From contig OX597837.1 in assembly GCA_951406725.2 (NCBI GenBank), forward strand, positions 40,610,001 through 40,674,000: a stretch of 64,000 nt of DNA. Reading direction: 5' to 3'. The notes under the pieces are model-generated. The model saw only the letters and a program-made list of their open reading frames with translations. It searched no databases and was not told the DNA's origin. The position numbers and the translations under genes were made by a program. This document shows, in pieces, positions 28,326 through 43,316 of the stretch (positions are counted from its first letter, which is position 1; the number at the start of each line of letters is the position of its first letter). This DNA is from Octopus vulgaris. Lineage: Eukaryota.

Positions 28326-29133
28326 TACTACCATTTTTCTTATTTTTCTTCTTCTTCTGCTCCTTCTTCTTCTTCTTCTTCTTCTTCTTCTTCTTTTTCT
28401 TCTTCTTCTTCTTCTTCTTTTTCTTCTTTTTCTTCTTCTTTTTCTTCTTTTTCTTCTTCTTTTTCTTCTTTTTCTTCTTCTTCAATTTCTTCTTCTTCTT
28501 TTTCTTCTTCTTCTTCTTCTTCTTCTTCTTTTTCTTCTTCTTCTTCTTCTTCTTCTTCTCCTTCTTCTTCTTCTTCTTCTCCTTCTCCGTCTCCTTAGCC
28601 TTATTGTTATCAATTTCTTCGCCTCCTCCACTTTCATCTCCACCATTCTCCTCCTCCTCCACCTCTCTCATGTCTTTCTCTTACAACAACTCTCTCCTCA
28701 TTCCTTTCCTCCCTACTCTTCCTCTCCATCCTCGCTCTCCTTCACTCCCTTCCCTCCTTATTTCCCTCCCTATCTCCCTCACCGCTCACTCTCTCCCTAC
28801 ACTCGTTCTCCACTTTCTCTCCCCACCCTCTATCCGATTCTCTCTCTCCATTTTCCACATTCTCCCCCTCCCTCCCTCCCTTTCTCTCTCTCTCCACAAC
28901 TGACAACCATACCACATCTCCCCTCTCTGACTACCAACACCTTGATGTCTCTCTCTCACCATTCCATCCCTCTTTACTCTTCCTCACCACTCCCTCTCCC
29001 TACACTTTCCACATTCTCTCTCCCTCTTCCTTTCTCTCTCTCTCTCTTTCTCTCTCTCTCTCCCTCTTTCTCCACAACGGACAACCGATGCCACATTTCC
29101 CCTCTATGACTGACAACACCTTTATGTTTCTTA

Positions 29134-29725
29134 TTTCTTTACTACCCACAAGGGGCTAAACATAGAGAGGACAAACAAGGACAGACAAAGGGATTAAGTC
29201 GATTACATCGACCCCAGAGGGTAACTGGTACTTATTTAATCGACCTCGAAAGGATGAATGGCAAAGTCGACCTCGGCGGAATTTGAACTCAGAACATAGC
29301 GGCAGACGAAATACCTATTTCTTTACTACCCACAAGGGGCTACACACAGATGGGACAAACAAGGACAGACAGACGGATCAAGTCGATTATATCGACACCA
29401 GTGCGTAACTGGTACTTATTTAATCGACCCCTAAAGGATAAATGGCAAAGTCGACCTCGGCGGAATTTGAACTCAGAATGTAACGGCAGACGAAATACCG
29501 TGAAGCATTTCGACTGGAGTGCTAACGACTCTTATTTCTTTATTGTCCACAAGGGGCTAAACATAGAGGGGACAAACAAGGACAGACAGGGATTAAGTCG
29601 ATTACATCGACCTCAGGATAAAAGGTAAAGTCGACCTCGGCGGAATTTGGACTCAGAACATAACGACAGACGAAATACCGCTGAGCATTTCGCCCGGCGT
29701 GCTAACGTTTCTGCCAGCTCGTTGC
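29134..29725 (-). mobile_element. SINE family B tandem cluster
   Basis: Three overlapping reverse-complement bodies. Further copies lie at 16872-17070, 27200-27370, 32660-32888, 38900-39090, 56370-56780 and 61290-61510. Confidence 0.8.
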
Positions 29726-29826
29726 CTTATATGTTTCTCACCTTCATGTCTCTCTCCCCATTACCTCCCCCTTACTCATCCTCACCACTGCCTCTCTTTA
29801 CTTTCTCCACTTTTTCTCTCTTCCAT

Positions 29827-29859
<33 letters not shown>

Positions 29860-30594
29860 ACAACTGCCAATCTATACCGCATCTCCCCTCTATAACTACC
29901 ACCACATTTATGTCTCTCTACCCATTCCACCCCTCCTTACTCATCCTCCCCACTGCCTCTCCTTACTCTCTCCACTTTCTCACTCTCTTCCAATCGGTCT
30001 AGCTCTCTTTCTCTCTCTCTCTCACTCTCTCTCTCTTCCAATCTCTCTAGCTCTTTCTCTCTCTCTCTCTCTCTCCCTTCACAGCTGTCGACCTATACCG
30101 CATCTCTCCTACATAACTACCAACACCTTCACGTCTCTCTTCACAAATGCCAGACCGCATCACGTCTCTCCCTCTTCACATTCGCTTGCCAATTATCATT
30201 ACTCGACCAAACTCAAACAAACTTTCGCTTCTAATTTGTCTAATTTGATTTCAAAAGTCTCTTCAATAATTTCTCATTTTATCTACGACACTTTTGAAAT
30301 TCTTGCTCGATCACCATTTTTCTAGTGGAACTTTTAGCTTATTTTACTTGTTTCCATCCTTGGTCTACGGTCATACTGGGGCACCACCTTCAAATATTTA
30401 CTAGAATAAATCGACCACAGTACTTATTCTATTTCAAACCTGGTTTTTATTTTATCAGTTTTTTCCCAACCCGCTAAGATGCGGGGACGTAAATAAACAA
30501 ACACCGTTTGTCAAACGGTGGCGGGGAAACAGAAACATTACACAGCACACACGCACACATACATTTTATCCTGTTGAACCGTTAATACCAACAC

Positions 30595-30747
30595 ATTTTT
30601 TCTCAGTTTTTCTTTTTCGTCTGAATACTTTCTGTCGAAGAGTGTAGGCTCGAAATATCAAAGCCTTTTCCATTCTTCCCGATGTTAAACTAATACACCT
30701 GCTTGTTGTTCACTCACCTGCTATCTTTTGTTTTCTGTAAGTTCGAA

Positions 30748-30750
<3 letters not shown>
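30595..30750 (+). mobile_element. Copy of the variant-hammerhead repeat family
   Basis: CUUU-CUGUCGA-A-GAGU-GUAG-GCUC-GAAAU-AUC-AAAG at 30628-30663, followed by the shared ctaatacac...cacctg tail and (TA)n. Confidence 0.6.
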
Positions 30751-30846
<96 letters not shown>

Positions 30847-30914
30847 ATGAAACATACTTATATATATATATATATATATATTACATAAAAAGGAGAAATG
30901 AACATGAGATATAA

Positions 30915-31026
30915 GTAATAGTAAAAAGATAAAGAGATATAAGACAAAAAATTTGAAATAATAATATGCAAATTTGCATATTATATTTGAAATTTTACTT
31001 ATATCTCTTTATCTTTTTACTGTTAC
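30915..31026. repeat. Imperfect palindrome, ~55-bp arms
   Basis: gtaatagtaaaaagataaagagatataag...tatgcaaa|tttgcata...cttatatctctttatctttttactgttac. Lies near (TA)n. Confidence 0.8.
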
Positions 31027-31321
31027 CATTTGTATATCTTATCAATAATCCTTACTCATATTTTGATAAGTATATTGATAAATCGCATAGTTGATGTTTT
31101 ACTGATTTAAGTATGTTTCTCCATTCTCTAATTTTGTAGTATTAATTTACGTAATATTATTACCTTTCATATAATACAATAGATGAACTGATTGTTTGAC
31201 AATTTTTAACATCTATGTATTAATTTTGTTGGGTACCTATCTAGCAGTATATTGGATATATATTATCCCATGGTGGGTTGAATTTTCAACCCCTATCTCA
31301 TTTTATAACAATATATATATA

Positions 31322-31379
<58 letters not shown>

Positions 31380-31637
31380 ATTTATATATATATATATATA
31401 GAACATAATATTAATTAATAAATGAAAAAAGACCAAGAGTTACATAATCACTTTCATCACCTTACAGTTGTTTCGGCGATAGGAAGTGAAGCATTCAAAG
31501 CTGAATCCTTGCACAGCATACTATATATATATATTTATTTGTGTGTGTGTTGAAGGGTATGTATGTATGTATGTATATATATATAGAGATATAGATAGAC
31601 AGACAGGTAAATTGGTATATATATATGTATATATATA

Positions 31638-31831
31638 TAAGTAATACTAAGCAATTAAGGGTTTAGCAACGAATTGCTTACCGCACACCGAATTTAGAAA
31701 TAGCAGTCAAAGAGATTATAGCTATTTCCTCTAGTAGAGGAAATAGCTATAATCTCTTTGACTGCTATTTCTAAATTCGGTGTGCGGTAAGGCAATTCGT
31801 TGCTAAACCCTTAATTGCTTAGTATTACTTA
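31638..31831. repeat. Near-perfect palindrome, ~96-bp arms, 1-nt spacer
   Basis: taagtaatactaagc...tttcctcta-g-tagaggaaa...gcttagtattactta. One indel between arms. Starts directly after (TA)n. Confidence 0.95.
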
Positions 31832-31922
31832 AATTTTCCTCGAATGAGGCTTTTACATGCCGAAGACTACTTGGTGTAATTGATAATTATTCCAAATTAA
31901 TTAATTTCACCCTTCATTGTTA

Positions 31923-32063
<141 letters not shown>

Positions 32064-32460
32064 TTGTAACTGTGTATGGGCAAGACTATAGAACGGCATA
32101 GCTGTTACATTCTGTCCCAGATAAACTTCGGAAAGAGATCTGCGAGCTAGAATACACAGATCACACGCAGAATGTCATCGGTAGATTGTTAGACACCAGT
32201 GTTTCAATTCAGTGACGAGAATGGTCTATTCAATGACGAGAATGCCCAGATATACTGAGCGAAGCCGAAAACCTATGTGGTTGGGAAGCAAACGGTTTAA
32301 CACACGGCTCGGATGGCTTTCATGCTGATCATGATCCTGAGTATTTATATAACCATACGCACCGACCTATTTAACTTCGTTCATGATTACCATAGCATTG
32401 AATTAGTCAATTGCTGCAGGGGGATTTATCAAACAAACAGTCTCACACTACTACTACTAT

Positions 32461-32586
<126 letters not shown>

Positions 32587-32900
32587 AACTACTACTACTA
32601 CTACTACTGCTACTACTAATTTGAACTCAGCATAAAGAGGAAGGAAATACCTATTTCTATTTCTTTACTACCCACAAGGGGATAAACATAGAGGGGACAA
32701 ACAAGAACAGACAAACGGATTAAGTCGATTACATTGACCCCATTGCGAAACTGGTACTTATTTAATCGACCCCGAAAGGATTAAAGGCAAAGTCGACCTC
32801 GACGGAATTTGAACTCAGAACGTAGCGGCAGACGAAATACCACTAAGCATTTCGCCTGGCGTGCTAACGATCCTGCCAGCTCACCGACTTAATAAAAATG

Positions 32901-32946
<46 letters not shown>

Positions 32947-32968
32947 CAACAACAACAACAACAACAAC

Positions 32969-33024
<56 letters not shown>

Positions 33025-33040
33025 CAACAACAACAACAAC

Positions 33041-33093
<53 letters not shown>

Positions 33094-33115
33094 CAACAAC
33101 AACAACAACAACAAC

Positions 33116-33165
<50 letters not shown>

Positions 33166-33184
33166 CAACAACAACAACAACAAC

Positions 33185-33231
<47 letters not shown>

Positions 33232-33937
33232 GAAGAAGAAGAAGAAAAAGGAGATGAAGAGAAGAAGAGAAGAAAAGACGAAGAAAAGATTACGATGATG
33301 ATGATGATGATGATGAAGAAGAAGAAGAAGAAGAAGAAGAAGAAGAAGAAGAAGAAGAAGAAGAAGAAGAAGAAGAAGAAGAAGAAGAAGAAGAAGAAGA
33401 AGAATATCAATAATAATAATAAATAAACAAATATAAATAAAGAATGAAGCAAAAAATATTTTTAAAAAAAATAACGAGAATTACAAAATATATGATATCG
33501 TCATTTGAGATTCTGCACTCCCAGTTTTTATTGTGAATTTTACAAATCACGTTTGCTGCTAAATACACACAGAGCAAAAAAAGACATTTCGATTTGAAAT
33601 TAACTACTCCAAGACTCTTCGAGAGGTATTTACTCTTGCAAGAATCTACATCTGTTCCTAATGGAAAACTATAAATCAATGAATCACCGAACGCTCGCTC
33701 ACAAACCCAACCCGTCCCACCACCAACGGTTCTTCGGAGAATTTCTCATGTTTACATGCGCAGCGTCTCTCATTCTGTAGTTAATGGTTAATATTTACAG
33801 AATTATTATTCCTTTCTGAATAAATAAATAAAATTATGTTTGTGTATCGTGCAAAGCAATTTGTTTATTATCTGCTCTATCCAAGTATAAGAATAGATTT
33901 TATAAAATTCTATCTATCCAACTATCTACCTACCTAC

Positions 33938-34036
<99 letters not shown>

Positions 34037-34186
34037 CCTCTTTATCTATTTATCTATATATCTATACACACAAACACCATATATAGAGATGCATGGATAT
34101 TGATCTATTAATCTACATCTCTATCTATCTGTTGATCAGCCTATCTAATTGCCTATCTATCTATTTATCTGTCTGTCTAGTTGTTG

Positions 34187-34244
<58 letters not shown>

Positions 34245-34367
34245 TTATCTATCTATCTATATATATCTATCTATCTATCTATATATATATATATATATCC
34301 ATCTATGTGTATATATATGTATGTATATATATATATATATATGCATGTATGTATGTATATATGTATA

Positions 34368-34399
<32 letters not shown>

Positions 34400-34695
34400 C
34401 ATGTGTAGGTATGGATATAAATATTTATATATACGTGTATATTTACTAAAATGTATATCGGTGTATATAGATGTGTGTGTGGATGTATATATATATATAT
34501 ATATATACATGTATATATGTGTATATATATATATATATGTATTACATATATATGTCTTCTGTATATATATACATATATGTATATATGTATACACATATAT
34601 ATACAATATATATGTATATGTATATATATGTATATATATATATATGTGTGTGTGTCTGTACATATATATATACAGAAATATATACATGCACACAT

Positions 34696-34730
<35 letters not shown>

Positions 34731-34934
34731 CACGCATACATACATACATATGGCTGAGTGGTGCTTACTCTATGATGCCTTCGTCCCAGTATGTGTTGTG
34801 CTATGTCTCAACAGTTTACAGTTTACAGTTTACAGACTCGATCTTCGCTCGTATTTGCCAAGAGGCTGCCGGCTATTGATTCTAGTAAATTCGCTAACGG
34901 CTACGAACATGTGGCTTAGTTGTAAATAATATGT

Positions 34935-34990
<56 letters not shown>

Positions 34991-35061
34991 ACACACCAGC
35001 ATACGTATTCTGATACAAATCAGCTAAACGCGTCAGTGTAGGATTTTATTACCATCCAAGT

Positions 35062-35103
<42 letters not shown>

Positions 35104-35185
35104 AGCACTAATATATATATATATATATATATACACAGATATATACATATATATATATATACACACACATGCATACATGCATCTC

Positions 35186-35216
<31 letters not shown>

Positions 35217-35336
35217 TTGTATGTGTATGTATATATATGTTTGTGTGTGTACATGCATACTTATATATGCAAATATATGAATATATAAATATTTACATAC
35301 ATCTCTCTCTCTCTCTCTCTCTGTCTCTCTCCCTCC

Positions 35337-35393
<57 letters not shown>

Positions 35394-35442
35394 ATAAATC
35401 AATATATATATATGGATACATATATATATATATATATGCATA

Positions 35443-35497
<55 letters not shown>

Positions 35498-36239
35498 TTC
35501 ATATGCATTGATATGTCCATATAAGCTGGAGACACGAGTGGGGTGGGAAGAGGAAGTTCGGAAACCGTATTCTGTATGCAAACCACGAAGACAAGTCTGC
35601 AAACGGATGAAGTGAAATATTTGCGATGTTGTCAACAGATTCCTTGCAAAATGTTGCAGCAGATCAACACGACTACAACATTTCCTATCATAAATGCAAC
35701 GTTTACCCTTTCATATAATTCCTCATAGATTTGTGAAACTGTACAAAGTTTATGAGATTCAGATCTGGAGACTGTTGCAGCCTTTGGCTAAATGTTGGTC
35801 TCGCACAGGTTTCTAATTAATAATTAGCTTGATTGTTAATTTTAGAATCTCGATATTTGGTGCAGGTCTGGTTGATGTGGAGTAGAAGCTTACTTCCCAA
35901 CTCGTGGTCTTAGGGTGCGGGTTCTCCGTGTGGCACCATGGCCTTGTTACTCCAATTATCGCCCCGACTGACCAAAGCTATGTGAGTGGTTTCCTGAGAC
36001 GGAACCTGAACGAAGCGCCCCCTGTGTATATATCTTTTACTCGTTTTCCTCACTTGACTGCGTCCATGCTGGAGCACCGCTCTGAAGAATTTTAGTCAAT
36101 CAAGTCGATCTTAGTATCCATTCTTTTTATTAAACCTGGTTACTTAGTCTATCGGTCATTTTTGCCGAACCACAAAGTTACGAGTACGTAAGCACATTAC
36201 AACCGGTTGTCAAGCGGTGGTTCGGGACAACACGGGCAT

Positions 36240-36277
<38 letters not shown>

Positions 36278-36420
36278 CTATATATTTGTCGTTCAATGCT
36301 CGAAATGAGGAGTAGATAGACAGCCGACAACTGATGAATGGTCGTTCTTTACGTTACTTGTCCTGTTTTCCATTTGTTTCCCTCGTTATTTGCGTATTGA
36401 ACTCATTTGCTTTTGTCTGT

Positions 36421-36506
<86 letters not shown>

Positions 36507-36544
36507 CATATATGTATATATATATATTTGTATATATATAAATA

Positions 36545-36633
36545 TATTCTTTCTATGTTCCTTTCTGTGGATGAGCGTAGGCTCGAAACATTAAAGGCTT
36601 TTTCACTTCCCGAGCGTTACACTAATACATCTG

Positions 36634-36635
<2 letters not shown>
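36545..36635 (+). mobile_element. Truncated copy of the variant-hammerhead repeat family
   Basis: CCUUU-CUGUGGA-U-GAGC-GUAG-GCUC-GAAAC-AUU-AAAGG at 36560-36597, lying between (TA)n tracts. Confidence 0.6.
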
Positions 36636-36698
<63 letters not shown>

Positions 36699-38230
36699 AA
36701 GTGCCTATTAACAGCCCTTGCATACATCGATAATTGTTTCTGCTATAGACGTAAGGCTTGAATGTTTGGAAGAAGGGGCTTATCGATTATCTTGATCCCA
36801 TTTCCAATAGGTACTAATTTTATCGATCCGAACAGGATGTAAGGCTAAGTCGACATCGAAGTTATTTGAACTCAGAACGGAAATACCGCTAACCACTTTG
36901 TCTGGCGAGCTAACGATTCTGCCAGCTTCTCAGCTGTGCATACATAAACCTTTTTTTTTCTATAGACACAATGCTTGAAAGTGTTCGGCTGATATTTATT
37001 TTACGGACCCCTAAACGATAAAACACATAGTCGACCGCGACGGCATTTGAACCCAGAACGTAAAGGGTTAGTGAAATGCCGCTAAGTAATTATTCTGGTG
37101 TGCTAACGATTCTGCCAACTCGCCGCATTTGCATACATAAATAATCTTTTCTTTATTTGGCCCCGACGGACCGAAATTACATACATAAATAATGAAAGCT
37201 ACCGTTGGAACGACAAGAAGGCCTTCAAACACAATAAACCTGAATGTTTAATTACTCATTAATTACTGATTCAACATCACACTAATTCCTTCTGATCCTA
37301 CTGTTTAACTTAATATCGAGCTGTTTATGCAAAGACAGAGATGAATAGAGGGCGCTATCAGAGGAGATTAGAACGCTATACAAGCTATACAACCACGTGA
37401 AAAAAAAAATAGCGGTCAATCTCGTGATGGCGTATATCTTGGCATTCAGCAGAAATGAATTATTGGGTTGTGTATATCATTATAAACAAATGTATAAAAA
37501 CAAAACAAAACAAAACAGAAAAAGCTGTACTATTTTTAAAGTACAATTTCCAACTCTGGAGAGTAGAAAATATTATGGAAGACACGCATATTTAACAATT
37601 ATAATTAGGTTTATATTTTCCAGAGGAAAAATTTTTTATTCACTTTTAAGTGAAATTGTTAACTTACTACGACTATTTTCAGAGTTTGAACGCACGAAAA
37701 AGAAAATTGTGGTTTTATTATTTTCATTTATATTTTTCCAACGTTATTATTACAGTTATTATCTAACAGAGAAATATTATTTTTATCTCAATAGCGGTAG
37801 AAGTTGTAGAAATGAATGCTTCTAAAATATTTACAATGTTTTCAAAATAGATCAGCAAACCAAGGATTTTATTTTAAAGAGTGATTACACCGTATAATTG
37901 GATTTAAAACTACGTCGAACAGGCAAGCAATTCTCATTTGAGATGTCTTTCTCCTCTTGTTTAGGTATTTATCTCTTTAGAAATTTGTGCGTGTGTGTGT
38001 CTGGGTGCGCGTGACTGTATGTGCCTGCGTGCGTCTGCGTGTGAGAGTATTGCGTGTGTAGATAAGAAAAAAAACCAAGTGAATAGGAAAAGCATTTTTT
38101 CTTTTCTTTTTCTGTGAAAATCAGAGAGCAAATGTTTTAGAAAACGGTTGAAATACTGGTGTCTCTTAGAAATAAATCATAGACTTGAATGAAATTGTGA
38201 GAGTCCTTGAGTATTTGCAACGTTTGTACA

Positions 38231-38405
38231 GGAATCGAAACCTGGTCATGAACTGGTTTGATCTTTACAGTGAGGGCTAGCTTGATCTTTACAGTGGAAT
38301 CAAAACCCGGTCAGAACTGATTTGATCTTTACAGTGGAATCAAAACCTGGTCAGAACTGGTTTGATTTTTACAGTGGAATCAAAACCCGGTCAGAACTGG
38401 TTTGA
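38231..38405. repeat. 40-bp minisatellite, ~4 copies
   Basis: ggaatcaaaacccggtcagaactggtttgatctttacagt at 38231, 38296, 38336 and 38376. Confidence 0.9.
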
Positions 38406-38489
38406 ATTCCATCCATCCATTTCCTTCACCAGCTTTATCTTGGAGGACCGTGGGGGTAGAGTCCTCAGGCACTTCTTCCGTGAGTGAGA

Positions 38490-38747
38490 CGTAAAAAAAC
38501 CAGCATCGGTTGTCAAGCGATGTTGGGGAAACAAACACAGACACACAAACATATACACACACATGCATATGTATATACATATATACGTCGGGTTTCTTTC
38601 AGTTTCCGTCTACCAAATCCACTCAGAAGTCTTTGGTTGGCCCGAGGCTATAGTAGAAGACACTTGCCCAAGGTGCCACGTAGTGGGACTGAACCCGGAA
38701 CCATGTGGTTGGTAAGCAAGCTACTTACCACACAGCCCCTCCTACGC
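38490..38747 (-). mobile_element. SINE family A copy (5' two-thirds)
   Basis: Reverse complement of the family A head and body. Further partial copies lie at 1-300, 11400-11785, 20560-20720, 20925-21085, 42265-42465, 43905-44790, 59660-60020 and 63305-63425. Confidence 0.8.
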
Positions 38748-39587
38748 CAATTAGTAAATATACGCAATTTCTCACTTCTCCTAAATGGCAACAACAACAA
38801 CAGCAGCAGCAACAGCGACAACGACAACAGTTATGATAAAAATCCTTTGTACTATAGGCACAAGGCCTGATATTTTGTGGTGAGGAGGTTAGTCGATGAC
38901 CTTAGCGGTATTTCGTATGCCGTTACATTCTGAGTTCAAATTCCGCCGTGGTCAACTTTGCCTTTCATCCTTTCGGGGTCGATAAATTTTGGACCAGTTA
39001 CGCACTGGGGTCGATGTAATCGACTTAATCCCTTTGTCTGTCCTTGTTTGTCCCCTCTATGTTTAGCCCTTTGTGGGCAGTAAAGAAATAGGTTAGTCGA
39101 TGACATCGTTCCCGAAAGGGATGAGGGATAATGTCGAACTTGGCGGAATTTGAACTCAGAACGCAAAGCCGGACGAAATACCTTTAAGCATTTTGTCCGG
39201 AGTGTTGGCGATTCGGGTAGTTTACCCTTCAATAATAACGATGATGATTATAATAAAAATAACAATGGTTTCAAATGTTGGCATAAGACCAGCAAGTACG
39301 ACGGAGTGGGTGAGTCGATTACATCAACCCAACCCCAGTGTATCACTGGTACTTATTTTATTGACCCCGAAAGGATAAAAAGACAAAATCAACCTTCGCG
39401 GAATTTGAACACAGAACGTGAAGACGGATGAAATGCCGCTAAGCATCTTACCCGGCGTACTAACGATTCTGCTTGCTTGCCGCTTGCCACCTTCATAATA
39501 ATGATGATGATAATAGTAATAATAATAATAATATTAATAATAATGATAATAATAATAATAATAATAATAATAATATTAATAATAATG

Positions 39588-39685
<98 letters not shown>

Positions 39686-39831
39686 CACCATAGGACTAAA
39701 AATATCTAATAATAATCCAGATAGCGGCAACATGAAGAAGAAGAAGAAGAAGAAGAAGAAGAAGAAGAAGAAGAAGATGAAGAAACAACAAAAGCTATAA
39801 AAAAAATGAAATCCAAACTAAAAATAGAAAA

Positions 39832-40200
39832 TTGATGTATCAGTACCGGCAGATGACAACGGGTCTCTAAAAGAAATGGAGAAACTCTCAAAATACAAAG
39901 ACCTGGAAATAGAGGTAACTAGAATGTGGAATCTGAAAACAGAAACAATTCCTATCATAGTAGGTGCATTAGGCATGATAAAAAAATATTCAGACAAATA
40001 CATAACAAAAACACCAGGACTTACAAACACATATAACATACAGAAAATTGCACTACTAGGCACTGCACACATCCTACGCAGAACACTTTCCATACAATAA
40101 CCATCAGAGCATCACAACAAATCACAGCACATACCCAAGGCACACAGAGCTGCGCTCGGTAGTGAAGTGAAAGCACGCTATAAAATTAAAAATAAAACTA

Positions 40201-40205
<5 letters not shown>
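39832..40205 (+). mobile_element. Shorter 3' fragment of the same R4/Dong-type element
   Basis: Nearly identical to 58420-58788 (MEKLSKYKDLEIEVTRMWNLKTETIPIIVGALG...SIQ* plus UTR ending aaaactactg) and followed by (AAT)n. Confidence 0.9.
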
Positions 40206-40262
<57 letters not shown>

Positions 40263-40554
40263 TAAAAATAATAACAATGATGATGATGATGATGATGATG
40301 ATGATAATAATCCTCTCTCTACTAAAGGCTCAAGGCCTGAAATTTGAGGGGTGGGGGCAGTCAATTTCATCAACTCCAGTGAATCACTGGTATTTGATTT
40401 ATCGACTCCGAAAGCATGAAAAGCAAAGTTGACCTCGGCGGAATTTGAACTCAGAACGTGGGGACGGGCGAAATATCGGTAAGCATTTCGTTCGGAATGC
40501 TAACGAATCTGCCAGCTCGCCGCCTTAATAACAACAACAACAGCAATAATAATG

Positions 40555-40628
<74 letters not shown>

Positions 40629-41434
40629 TTAATAATAATGATGATGATGCTGATGATGATGATGATGATGATAATGATAGAATGAGCTACAATGCTCTTC
40701 ATGTGAACCATGGGATCTGTTAATCAAAAATGCACTGAACCGTGCATGATTAATTATTTTCATAAGATGCCCCTACGATCCTTTATGTCAGCGATGTTTG
40801 AGGCCATTACAATTCCTTTAGATGAAGGCCTTTATCACGACAGCTTTAGAAAGAAAGTTAGATAAAGCATTAGATAAAAGATCGATAGAGGGAAAAGGCA
40901 ATGAGAATTTCCAGTTGATTGATCATGTTCTTGATCAATAAAAGCAATAGAAATTAAGGTTACATACAGAGTAGGCACATTCGACACGGCCAGACGTTTT
41001 AACACTCTTTTCTCCTCCGTGTGCACGGGAGTCGAAACATCTGGCCAAGGTGTAAGAAACCATGAAACTGAATGTCACTCTCTTTATATATATATGTATG
41101 TATATGAAATTAATTAAATATTTAATTAATTAACTGTGTAGCTAATTATTTTCATAAGAAGTTCCTATGAGCGTGTACGTCCGTTGTATCTATTGTTGAT
41201 AATTATCGTTGCGTAAGATCAGAATCTTCATCACGGCAGCTATAGAAAGGTAGAATTTTAACAGATTATCGATCTTGTCTAAACAATCGATGCCTTAATT
41301 AAATCTGTGAATATACTATAAGTATTAGCTCGCTATTTATTAAACTTATTGCTGACAATAATGCGTAAGCGTACAATGATTTATTTAAATGTTGTCTAAT
41401 TAAACATTCCCTTGTTTTATAATAATGGCTGGTG

Positions 41435-41818
41435 TGGAGGCGCAATGGCCCAGTGGTTAGGGCAGCGGACTCGCGGTCGTAGGATCGCGGTTTCGATTCC
41501 CAGACCGGGCGTTGTGAGTGTTTATTGAGCGAAAACACCTAAAGCTCCACGAGGCTCCGGCAGGGGGTGGTGATCCCTGCTGTACTCTTTCACCACAACT
41601 TTCTCTCACTCTTACTTCCTGTTTCTGTTGTACCTGTATTTCAAAGGGCCGGCCTTGTCACTCTCTGTGTCACGCTGAATATCCCCGAGAACTGCGTTAA
41701 GGGTACACGTGTCTGTGGAGTGCTCAGCCACTTACACGTTAATTTCACGAGCAGGCTGTTCCGTTGATTCGGATCAACCGGAACCCTCGTCGTCGTAACC
41801 GACGGAGTGCTTCCATCC
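41435..41818 (+). mobile_element. Full-length tRNA-derived SINE (family C) with target-site duplication
   Basis: tRNA-like head with A box (tggcccagtgg) and B box (gtttcgattcc). Flanked by aataatggctggtg (41421-41434) and aataatggcaggtg (41819-41832). Related sequence lies on the minus strand at ~6165-6450 and ~55040-55212. Confidence 0.85.
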
Positions 41819-42045
41819 AATAATGGCAGGTGAGGAGATTAACAAGAGACTTCGGATGAGTTACTGATTTATACATAGATACAAGATACTGTTGGATGGA
41901 TGTGATGTAAGTCTCGGTTAGATGTGAACGGCGAGTGACGAAAGCGAAAACATGGCGAAGGAAAATGTGAAGTGACATGGAAAGGCGGAACCGAAGTCAA
42001 TGCGACGAAATGCACTTCGTTCCTGCGCGCGCATGTGCGTGTATG

Positions 42046-42266
42046 TGTCACCTGACAGTAAATCAAAACCATTTAATTCCAAGATTTGTTTATGTTTAAC
42101 AATTGAATGAATTTAATAAAAAAAATCTAAATATGAAATATCATGAAAATTGCTCAAATTGAAGTCCTTCTTGAGCGACACATTTTTCCATTCTCGTCAA
42201 TAAAGAATTACAGATAGTAACTATTGAATTTGATTTGCTGTCGGGTGACTTTAGGCAAACTCTGTA
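42046..42266. mobile_element. Second copy of the same MITE, opposite orientation
   Basis: gtcacctgacagtaaatcaaa ... tttgatttgctgtcgggtgactttaggcaaactctg|ta, ending in CTG-TA. Confidence 0.6.
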
Positions 42267-42472
42267 TGTGTGTGTTTGTGTTTGTTCCTCCACCATCCCT
42301 TGGCAACTGATGATGGTGTGTTTACGTCCCGGTAACTTAGCGGTTCAGCAAAAGTGACCGATAGAATAAGTATTAAGCTTACAAAGAATAAGTCCTACAG
42401 TGGATTGGTTCGACTAAAGGCGGTGCTCCAGCATGGCCGCAGTCAAATGACTGAAACAAATAAAAAATAAAA

Positions 42473-42530
<58 letters not shown>

Positions 42531-42824
42531 GAAATATGTTTCAAAAAGAAAATAGAAACTACACCACGAGGAAAAGATATGGAGGAAATAAGAAAGAAAA
42601 AAACCGAAATTGCACAGTGTCGCCATTGCTGCTCACTGTGAACAGCAATGGCGACACCGGTCTGACTTTGAATCTCTTCAACGATTCAAAATAATGAATT
42701 TAACTCCTCTTAATTCTACCTCAGTTCATCTGAATGTATTTATTCATCGCTACTCTTCATAAAAAAAAGCCTTTGTTTATTTGATATTCAATATGCATTT
42801 TTGCTTTTCTTCTTCTTACTTTAC

Positions 42825-42962
<138 letters not shown>

Positions 42963-42984
42963 TACATGTGCAATCCAGACACGT

Positions 42985-43169
42985 TATTTTCTCTCCGTTT
43001 TTTCCCTCCCCATCTCTTTTCTCTCTTCATTCCTTTGTGTAAAAAGTGCGCAGGCTCGAAACGTCTCAAAGATTTCTATTTTACCTGAGCCACAAAATCA
43101 CTCCTTCTTTCGTCTTCACTCACCTGTCTCTATTACCTGTGTTTTTTTTCTCTGGACAATTTTGAACTT

Positions 43170-43170
<1 letters not shown>
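42985..43170 (+). mobile_element. Degenerate copy of the variant-hammerhead repeat family
   Basis: Contains gcgcaggctcgaaacgtc...cctgagc...cacctgtc; flanked by (TA)n on both sides. Confidence 0.5.
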
Positions 43171-43238
<68 letters not shown>

Positions 43239-43316
43239 TAAGAAATGGAGCAATAATTAACAATGAGAAGTGGATCATTGGTGTTAAAAAGTCATTGTTT
43301 AATTGTAGTTTGGAAC

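Noticed and set aside
41435-41510. tRNA gene
   Set aside because: The tRNA-like sequence continues into a SINE body flanked by a TSD, so it is a SINE head. The same applies to the other A/B-box-bearing repeats.
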